Part shown: in pieces, positions 57,268-64,000 of the stretch | How the letters are laid out: each line of letters opens with the position of its first letter | Numbering within the stretch: the stretch's first letter is position 1 | Virus record (IMG/VR): IMGVR_UViG_3300018875_000062 | Span: 5,730-69,729 of that record | Strand: one strand, 5' to 3' | Length of the DNA: 64,000 nt | Source: a virus | Position numbers and translations under genes: made by a program | The notes under the pieces: model-generated | What the model saw: the letters and a program-made list of their open reading frames with translations, nothing else | Databases searched by the model: none | Told to the model about the DNA's origin: nothing

Positions 57268-58026
57268 ATGAGCAACAAGAACACCGCCGTAGCAGTCTCC
57301 GGGGCAGAGATCATTGATAACGTGCCTGCGCCTGTGGCCTCCGAAAGCGCCGCAATCATCCAGGTGATCGAACGTGCGGCAATGAACCCCGCCGTCGACA
57401 TCGACAAGATGGAACGCTTGCTCGAGATGCAGGAGCGCATCATGCAGCGCAACGCACGAGCTGCCTATGCGGCCGACCTTGCCCGGATGCAGCCGGAGCT
57501 CCCCGTCATTGCCGAGCGCGGCGGCATCAAGGACCGCAGCGGCAACATCCAGAGCACCTATGCCCTCTGGGAGGATATCAATGAGGCCATCAAGCCGGTG
57601 CTTGCCAAGCACGGCTTCGCACTCAGCTTCCGTACCGGACAGGAAGAGGGCCGCATCACGGTCACGGGCGTCCTGTCCCACTGCGAAGGCCATAGCGAAG
57701 AGACGACTATGCACCTGCCGATCGATACCAGCGGCAGCAAGAATTCCGTGCAGGCGGTCGGCTCGTCCATCTCCTACGGCAAGCGCTACACCGCTGGCGC
57801 CCTGCTGAACATCACCAGCCGAGGCGAGGACGACGACGGCAAGGCGGCCGGTGGAGCCGCAACCATCTCGGGAGAGCAAGTTGAGGCTCTGCAGGATCTC
57901 ATCATTGAGGTCGGTGCCGACCCCAAGAAGTTCCTCGCATACCTGAAGGTCGAGAACCTCGCAGCTCTGCCGGCCAATCAGTACCAGCGTGCGGTCGATG
58001 CCCTCAACGCCAAGAGGGCCAAGTAA
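57268..58026 (+). CDS. ERF-family ssDNA annealing recombinase
   Basis: DIDKMERL, YA..EDI, L.KHG, GHSEE, QAVGS..SYGKRY, DDDG. Confidence 0.9.
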   Translation: MSNKNTAVAVSGAEIIDNVPAPVASESAAIIQVIERAAMNPAVDIDKMERLLEMQERIMQRNARAAYAADLARMQPELPVIAERGGIKDRSGNIQSTYALWEDINEAIKPVLAKHGFALSFRTGQEEGRITVTGVLSHCEGHSEETTMHLPIDTSGSKNSVQAVGSSISYGKRYTAGALLNITSRGEDDDGKAAGGAATISGEQVEALQDLIIEVGADPKKFLAYLKVENLAALPANQYQRAVDALNAKRAK

Positions 58027-58661
58027 TGACAGAGATCGTTCAAGGCTCTGAGGAATGGCTGGCAATCCGGGTCGGCAAGGTCACGGCCTCCCGCGTGGCT
58101 GACGTGATTGCTCGTACCAAGACCGGCTGGGGCGCTTCCCGTGCGAACTACATGGCCGAACTGATTGCGGAGCGCCTCACCGGCGAGCCCGCAGAGAAGT
58201 TCACCAACGGGGCCATGAAGTGGGGAACGGAGAACGAGCCCGACGCCCGGATTGCCTACGAGTTCCGAACGGATGCCGAGGTCGTGCAGGTCGGGTTCAT
58301 TCCTCATCCGACCATCCCCATGACCGGCGCGAGCCCTGATGGCTTGGTCGGCGAGGATGGCTTGGTCGAGATCAAGTGCCCGAACACGGCAACCCACATC
58401 GACACTCTCATCAGCCAAGCCGTGCCTAGCAAGTATGTGACGCAGATGCTCTGGCAGATGGCATGTACAGGCCGCCAGTGGTGCGACTTCGTTTCCTTCG
58501 ATCCTCGCATGCCCGAGCAGATGCGCCTGTTCGTCAAGCGCGTTCACCGTGACGACGCCAGGATCGCTGAACTGGAAAAGGACGTGAGCGAGTTCCTGGC
58601 CGAACTGGATGCGAAGGTCACAGAGCTCACCGCCCTTTACGAGCGGAAGGCTGCGGCATGA
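58026..58661 (+). CDS. YqaJ / lambda exonuclease family protein
   Basis: QGSEEW...R.G.VTAS, WG..EP.AR, GASPDGL, EIKCP. Confidence 0.93.
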   Translation: MTEIVQGSEEWLAIRVGKVTASRVADVIARTKTGWGASRANYMAELIAERLTGEPAEKFTNGAMKWGTENEPDARIAYEFRTDAEVVQVGFIPHPTIPMTGASPDGLVGEDGLVEIKCPNTATHIDTLISQAVPSKYVTQMLWQMACTGRQWCDFVSFDPRMPEQMRLFVKRVHRDDARIAELEKDVSEFLAELDAKVTELTALYERKAAA

Positions 58662-59173
58662 CCACGGCTCCAATCCTCTACACCTGGGATGGCGATGCGA
58701 TGGTCCCGCTCCCGCGCTTCAAGGCAGAGTGCGACCGCTCCTTTGTGGTTGGCGAGAAGTACCGCCTCGTCGTCCATGAGGATCGCTCTATCGCCAGCCA
58801 TAACCATGAATTCGCCTTCGTAGCTGAGGCTTGGGCTCAACTGCCGGAGCACCTGACAGAACAGTTCAGGACGCCGGAGCACCTGCGTAAACGGGCCCTC
58901 ATCGAAGCTGGATACTTCAACCAGCAGGAAGTTGACGCTGGGAGCCATGCTGCCGCTCTGCGCGTCGCCAACTTCATAGCCGCCATGGACGAATACTCTG
59001 TGGTCGTCGTGCGAGGCCCTATCGTGGTCGTGCGGAAGCCTAAGAGCCAGTCCCGCCGCGCCATGGGCAAAGAGGAGTTCCAGCAGAGCAAGCAGGCTGT
59101 TCTTGAGATCGTCGCCAACATGATCGGCGTACAGCCGGAGACGCTGACGCGGAATGTCGGGAGGGCGGCATGA
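58658..59173 (+). CDS. Hypothetical protein (recombination region)
   Basis: RS..SH...FA, EHLRK..L..G, M....FQ. Coupled ORF. Confidence 0.7.
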   Translation: MTTAPILYTWDGDAMVPLPRFKAECDRSFVVGEKYRLVVHEDRSIASHNHEFAFVAEAWAQLPEHLTEQFRTPEHLRKRALIEAGYFNQQEVDAGSHAAALRVANFIAAMDEYSVVVVRGPIVVVRKPKSQSRRAMGKEEFQQSKQAVLEIVANMIGVQPETLTRNVGRAA

Positions 59174-59547
59174 CAGAAGATGTCGGCACCACCCGCCGCA
59201 AAGCCCTGACCCCTGCGCAACGCCTCGCCATGTTCGAGCGCCACAACGGCATCTGCTGCATCTGCGGGAAGAAGATCACGGCCCGTCATAAGTGGAGAGA
59301 CGAGCACCTCATCCCGCTTGGACTCGGCGGGACGAACGATCCCTCTAATCGAGGGCCGGCGCATGACTTTTGCGCGGATGCGAAGACGCACGGCAAGGGC
59401 GGCGACCTAGCCCGGATCGCGAAAGCCAAGCGCGTGAAGATGCGGCACCTGGGCATTCGCCGGCGCAAAGGGCCACCAATCCCCGGCAGCAAGGACTCGC
59501 CCTGGAAGCGGAAACTCGATGGCACGCTTGTTCGCAGAACCAAGTGA
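59170..59547 (+). CDS. HNH endonuclease
   Basis: C.ICG, EH.IPL.LGG....N...H..C...KT. Confidence 0.85.
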   Translation: MTEDVGTTRRKALTPAQRLAMFERHNGICCICGKKITARHKWRDEHLIPLGLGGTNDPSNRGPAHDFCADAKTHGKGGDLARIAKAKRVKMRHLGIRRRKGPPIPGSKDSPWKRKLDGTLVRRTK

Positions 59548-59587
59548 AGCCCCGCCCCCTCTATCGCCAAGCCTCCTAGGACAGAAC

Positions 59588-59917
59588 ATGACAGAGCTAG
59601 TGAAACGACTGATTGAGTTGAGAGAGAAGATCGCATCAGGCACGGACGTTGCCCACGCCCGCGAGCAGCTCCGCAAGATTAGCCTGGAAGACCTCGACAC
59701 GATCATCGCCGCCCTATCGACCCCAGAGGGAGAGTGGGTGTTGGTGCCGAAGTCTGCGCTCGATTGGCTAATGGGCGAAGGACCGGATGCAAACGGGCGT
59801 TGGTTCGGAGATCGCTCGCCGCAACAGACTAAACCAATCGGTCCGTATTGGTGGCGCTCTGAGTTCCGCGCCATGATCGCAGCTTCTCCTCTCTCCAAGG
59901 AGAACGAGCATGTCTAA
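59588..59917 (+). CDS. Hypothetical early protein
   Basis: AGGA RBS, overlaps next ORF. Confidence 0.6.
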   Translation: MTELVKRLIELREKIASGTDVAHAREQLRKISLEDLDTIIAALSTPEGEWVLVPKSALDWLMGEGPDANGRWFGDRSPQQTKPIGPYWWRSEFRAMIAASPLSKENEHV

Positions 59918-60203
59918 CCCACACAATGCCCCTGAGAGCGGGGGGGAGATGGAACAGGGCGCACCCTTCGGGCCAGGCTCTCGTCGTTCCGATCAAGCTG
60001 CTTCGCATCTTGACCCGGCGGGCTTCGATCCTTTGCGCGAGGGCGCTCATCCAGAAGGCTTCATTCTGATGCCGATGGAGCCGGACGAAGAGATGATCGC
60101 CGCAGGCTGGAGAGGTTTCCAGGGGTCGGGGCGCGGCACGACAGCGATCTGGCACGCCTACCGCGCCATGGTGGCCGAACGCCAGCGAAGGGCAGGCAAA
60201 TGA
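59910..60203 (+). CDS. Hypothetical early protein
   Basis: AGGAG RBS, P.EP.EEM..AG...YRAM motif. Confidence 0.6.
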   Translation: MSNPHNAPESGGEMEQGAPFGPGSRRSDQAASHLDPAGFDPLREGAHPEGFILMPMEPDEEMIAAGWRGFQGSGRGTTAIWHAYRAMVAERQRRAGK

Positions 60204-60478
60204 CAAAATACCGGGTTCCCGTGCGGGTGAGCGTTGCTCCCGTCTACACCTACGAACGGTTCGTCACCATCGAGGCGAGCAGCCGAAGCGAAGCATATCG
60301 GAAAATGATGAGCCAAATCGGTTTCTTCGAGGCTTTGATCCACAAGCCCGGCTGGAAACCTGTTCGACCTGATCTGGACGGCTCCGTCCGGCCTCACCTC
60401 ACGACATACGACACTTACCCTGACGAGGAGCATCTCGAGGAGTGGGTGAGAGAAGAAGACAAGGATTTCCGCCCATGA
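60200..60478 (+). CDS. Hypothetical early protein
   Basis: ATGA coupling on both sides. Confidence 0.6.
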   Translation: MTKYRVPVRVSVAPVYTYERFVTIEASSRSEAYRKMMSQIGFFEALIHKPGWKPVRPDLDGSVRPHLTTYDTYPDEEHLEEWVREEDKDFRP

Positions 60479-61455
60479 CCAGAGCACACCCCAGCGTCAG
60501 CGATGGAAACCCGCAGGGGCAAGACGCGAAGCGGCTTGATCCGTCAGGACGACAGCGCGGCCTCGAAGGGGAGACGCTATCCCTCCTCTCTCCCCCTCCA
60601 GCAGAGACAAGCAGAGGGGAGATCGTCGGTTACATCAAGAACACGGACGGCCCCTTGCCAATGCCGACGCGCGAATGGTTGCGGCGCAAGGTCGAGGCTG
60701 ATCCCGACGCGGAGACCGACGCTTCTCACCCCGCCGTCACGGAGACAAGCAGAGGGGAGCCGGTGGCGTGGCAGTTCGAGGAGCACGGCGGCACTTGGCA
60801 GTTCTGCACGAAGGGCGAATACGAACGCTTCAAGCAGGATGGTTGGCAAGTTCGCGCCCTCTATACGCACTCCCTCCCCACCGTCACGGAGGACTATGCG
60901 GGGCTGATCGAGCGTATTCACGAAGACGCGGTTAGGGCCTACCCGGACACAATTGCAGCCATCGAAGCCCTTCTGCAGAAGAACAAGGAACTGGAGGAGG
61001 AGATCGCTGACGTTCTCAATGTGGCCGGGCAGTTTAGTCCTGTTCCTGTAACAAGTCGCATCCAGGCCATCGGCACATTCATCAGCTATATCAATGCAGC
61101 GAAGTATCGGTGTGGCGAAGTCGAAGCCGCCCTCACCGCCTCCCAAGCCGAATGCGAAAGGCTCAGGGGTGAGGTGGAGCTGAAAGACAAGGCGCTGCGA
61201 GCGGCAGACCAATTCATCACCAACGGGGTAGCTCTCGGCTTCATTCGTATGCCTGACGAGGATTGCCCTGATCCTGCGCACGAGACGCCGAAACTTATCC
61301 GCGCCGCCCTTTCAAAGAAGCCCGCCGCTGAAGAGGGCTTGGCGAATGCGTCCTGCACCCTTCGCGAGCAGGGCAAGGCATATCCCCGCACATGCAGAGT
61401 CTGCGGGCTCGGTCCCTGTCGCAAGCCCGCCGCTGAAGAGGAGATGGGACAGTGA
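60475..61455 (+). CDS. Mosaic hypothetical early protein
   Basis: EPVAW motif, coiled coil, internal direct repeats, C-terminal CRVC..C. Confidence 0.65.
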   Translation: MTRAHPSVSDGNPQGQDAKRLDPSGRQRGLEGETLSLLSPPPAETSRGEIVGYIKNTDGPLPMPTREWLRRKVEADPDAETDASHPAVTETSRGEPVAWQFEEHGGTWQFCTKGEYERFKQDGWQVRALYTHSLPTVTEDYAGLIERIHEDAVRAYPDTIAAIEALLQKNKELEEEIADVLNVAGQFSPVPVTSRIQAIGTFISYINAAKYRCGEVEAALTASQAECERLRGEVELKDKALRAADQFITNGVALGFIRMPDEDCPDPAHETPKLIRAALSKKPAAEEGLANASCTLREQGKAYPRTCRVCGLGPCRKPAAEEEMGQ

Positions 61456-61694
61456 GTGATGCTGACCGAAAAGAGCTTCGCGCGGCTCTCCTGAAATACG
61501 GCGCGCTGGTTGCCCCTGTCTTGTCCGAACGTGAGGACCGCCCATGACTGATCTTCAATCCCTGAAGCAAAGAGTGGAGAGGGCCAACACCGCCCGGTTG
61601 GAGAAAGCCATCGACCGGCTCTTAGAACGGCAACGCGAATACTACGATGGATGGCTGAAAGCTCACCTCGCACGCATCTCCAAAGGATCACACC

Positions 61695-62243
61695 ATGACA
61701 AGCGATAAGATGAGAGAGGAACTGACGCTGCGCATTTCTGACCCCGGCGCATTTGTCGGCCCTAGGGGTGATCGCACCGTCAGCCAGTGGTCAGCCGACG
61801 CCGTTCTAGCCCTTCTTTCCTCCGTCAAGGAGGATGGGGCGCCCTCCGCTTCGCTCGGGAAAGAGCAAGGGCTGTCGGAGGCCAGTCAGACCGTGGCGCC
61901 GCCTGACCTTGATGATCTGTTGAACGAACTTGCCAGCATGCGAGCGCGGGAAGATGTCGTCGGTAAAAGAGTCGCCGCTGGGTTCATGACATGCATTTCA
62001 GGCGGAGGTGAGAGCCCGCGCGTTCAGATCGTTTTCAAGGAACTCCGCGATGCGCAGCTTCTGCACGACGCTCTGCTCGCCCTGGAGAATGGACATAAGG
62101 CAAACCTTGCCATCATCAACGCCCCGCGCGTCAGCGATGAGCACCCGTCGGGCCGAGACCTTGGGCTCGGGGCGAAGCCTGCCAGCGCGATCCGCGAAGC
62201 GGAGACGCCCGTCACCCCACCGGCAAAAGGAGAGACGAGATGA
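61695..62243 (+). CDS. Hypothetical early protein
   Basis: AAGGA RBS, coupled to next ORF. Confidence 0.6.
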   Translation: MTSDKMREELTLRISDPGAFVGPRGDRTVSQWSADAVLALLSSVKEDGAPSASLGKEQGLSEASQTVAPPDLDDLLNELASMRAREDVVGKRVAAGFMTCISGGGESPRVQIVFKELRDAQLLHDALLALENGHKANLAIINAPRVSDEHPSGRDLGLGAKPASAIREAETPVTPPAKGETR

Positions 62244-62503
62244 GCGAGATGGTTGAACGAGTGGCCGAGGCGATCAGGGACCGTCGCACACAAGCTGATT
62301 TCCATGCTGTCAAAGACGGGCATTGGATTATCGACCACGACAAGGAACTAGCCCGAGCCGCCATCGAGGCCATGCGTGAGCCGACACTTCCCATGGTTGC
62401 AGCCGCCGTCAAACGCGACTGGAAGGGCGAGACCGACCCGACATGGGCAGAGGGCTATCGGGCCATGATCGACGCCGCCCTCCCCAAACAGGAACAGGGG
62501 TAA
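62240..62503 (+). CDS. Hypothetical early protein
   Basis: MVERVA.AI...ARAAIEAMREPT..M...YRAMIDAAL common phage motif. Confidence 0.7.
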   Translation: MSEMVERVAEAIRDRRTQADFHAVKDGHWIIDHDKELARAAIEAMREPTLPMVAAAVKRDWKGETDPTWAEGYRAMIDAALPKQEQG

Positions 62504-62507
62504 GGAC

Positions 62508-62729
62508 ATGGGACGCCGCCATGAGCCCATAACAGAGGAGCGACTAGAACGGGCGCTCGCCTATGCGGCTTTTGTCGTGATGAGGCATGGGCCTGTGTAT
62601 GCCCCGCTTTTCGACCGGCTGGAACGTGAGCTGATCGCGTACCGCAGCCAGAACACTTCGGTTGAGGACCGCTTGCGTCGGCTCCTCAGCCCTCAGACCC
62701 GCGAGGGTGGCTTGAAGGCGATCCGCTGA
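62508..62729 (+). CDS. Small protein convergent on integrase
   Basis: 73 aa, 37-bp overlap with the integrase 3' end. Confidence 0.6.
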   Translation: MGRRHEPITEERLERALAYAAFVVMRHGPVYAPLFDRLERELIAYRSQNTSVEDRLRRLLSPQTREGGLKAIR

Positions 62730-64000
62730 AGCCACTCTTGCTTTTGCTCCAGGCTGTGCCCTACCCCATATTTCGGCCTGGCGTATTTGTGCCCCATCAG
62801 GTTGGCAATCAGCTTTTCAGGGGCTTCCACGGCGGTCAGCCGATCCTCAAAGCTATGACGCAGGGAATAGAGGCTTTCACCCCTCGGACGGAGCCCGGCG
62901 TTCTTCAAGACCTTGTTGACCAGGGCCGATAGGGACGCGGCGTTATCGAAGTAGCGCGGGAATCCCTCGGGGAAGCGCTGGGCAGCCATCAGAGACACGC
63001 CTACCAAGGGGATGTCCCGCTCCGATTGCGGCGTCTTCAGTTCGCGCCCATTAGGCCGGATACGGACGTGAGGGACCTTCCATTTCAGGACGATGGTCTC
63101 CGCGGTCAGGTTCGCCGCTTCCGACAGGCGCAGGCCGGTTTCCACCATAAGATAGAGGATACAGCGGGCCTCTTCGTTGAGCTGGTCCAGGGCGCCTTCC
63201 TTCAGGATCCGCTCCTGGATGAAGGCGGGCGGGTACGGGATACGGGAAGCGTCCTTCTCGCCCTGAATGCGCAATTCGCTAAACACGGGCTGGAGCCCAA
63301 GACGGTCGGTGCGCTCAATCTCACGGAACATTCGGTTCAGGTGGCCGATGTCCTTGTTGGCCGTGCCGACGTCCACTTCCCCGGCTAAGACGCGATCCTG
63401 CCACCATGTCCGGAAATCCAGCGCATCGGCGCGGGTGATGCGGGCCAGGGTTTTGTCCCCGATCACTTCGATCAGGTTCTTGATGGCCCGGAGCTTCGGG
63501 TTCTTCCACTTGCGGATCTGGTCGGGGGACATGTTGCGGCGCTCGGCCGCCGTGATTGTCTCGAAGCGCTCGAAGAGACCCGACAGGGATAATTCGGGCT
63601 CCGGCTCCCCACCCAGGACAGCGGCATGAAGCTGCTCGTCATCCGGCCTCTTCATGGCCATCAGGCGCTCGAAGCGTTCCAGCACGTCGATGATAGGGCG
63701 GTCCACCAGTTCGGGCACGGTGGCATAGTCGAACCCAAGCGAACGGGCGCGGCGGCGGGCTTCCATGTAGCGGGTGCGGGCCTCGACCGATTGGCCGTCC
63801 TTGAGCCCCCGCCAGTACGCTTCTGTTTCGGCGTCCAGCCTGGCTGCGACCTTCTTGGCTCGAATCGCCTTGGGGTCGTCGGCTATGCGGATCTTGGTGG
63901 AGAGCTTGACCACCCCCCTCATATCGAGGTGCTTGAACTCATCGGGGACGCGGCGGGCGTACTGCCAGAACCCGTTCCGCTTGGTCAGATAATCGGCCAC
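62693..64000 (-). CDS. int: Prophage tyrosine integrase (DUF6538 N-terminus)
   Basis: GLRLSE, LKTPQS, YSLRH, MGH, PKYG. GTG at the window edge, so the start may extend beyond it. Confidence 0.93.
   Translation of the reverse strand: MADYLTKRNGFWQYARRVPDEFKHLDMRGVVKLSTKIRIADDPKAIRAKKVAARLDAETEAYWRGLKDGQSVEARTRYMEARRRARSLGFDYATVPELVDRPIIDVLERFERLMAMKRPDDEQLHAAVLGGEPEPELSLSGLFERFETITAAERRNMSPDQIRKWKNPKLRAIKNLIEVIGDKTLARITRADALDFRTWWQDRVLAGEVDVGTANKDIGHLNRMFREIERTDRLGLQPVFSELRIQGEKDASRIPYPPAFIQERILKEGALDQLNEEARCILYLMVETGLRLSEAANLTAETIVLKWKVPHVRIRPNGRELKTPQSERDIPLVGVSLMAAQRFPEGFPRYFDNAASLSALVNKVLKNAGLRPRGESLYSLRHSFEDRLTAVEAPEKLIANLMGHKYARPKYGVGHSLEQKQEWLQRIAFKPPSRV

Larger units (their letters stand above)
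19064..64000. mobile_element. Lambdoid/HK97-like siphovirus prophage, apparently complete (about 45 kb)
   Basis: Ordered integrase, recombination, immunity, replication, late regulator, packaging, head, tail and lysis modules. Confidence 0.95.

Noticed and set aside
1-64000. CRISPR array, retron, rRNA or IS transposase
   Set aside because: No repeat-spacer array, RT motifs, rRNA-like sequence or transposase ORF seen

Overview
GC-rich alphaproteobacterial (Hyphomicrobiales-like) DNA made of two adjacent integrated elements. (1) About 0.5-18.9 kb is a defence island. It carries a YeeA/B/C-type module (MmeI-like methyltransferase, SF2 helicase, GIY-YIG nuclease) and a GmrSD protein fused to a Schlafen/AlbA_2 domain. 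It also carries a visibly lower-GC cassette: a MORC-like GHKL ATPase-histidine kinase fusion, an intact receiver protein, an unknown protein, a C5 methyltransferase and Vsr, plus a divergent orphan PaeR7I/XhoI-like adenine methyltransferase. The island ends in a degenerate tyrosine integrase beside the 3' half of a tRNA-Gln. (2) About 19.06-64 kb is an apparently complete lambdoid/HK97-type siphovirus prophage. It is bounded on the left by a tRNA-Ser-like 3'-end att core and on the right by its integrase, and contains immunity, recombination, replication, NusG-type late control, packaging, head, tail and lysis genes. Its cargo includes an HTTM+DCC1 pair, a RelE-type TA system and GapR. The best novelty candidates are the two-component-coupled methylase cassette with no recognisable restriction enzyme, the GmrSD-Schlafen fusion, a LexA-boxed Zn-finger gene converging on cI, and a hairpin-terminator late leader downstream of the NusG paralog. 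All family calls come from motif recognition by eye, not from database searches.
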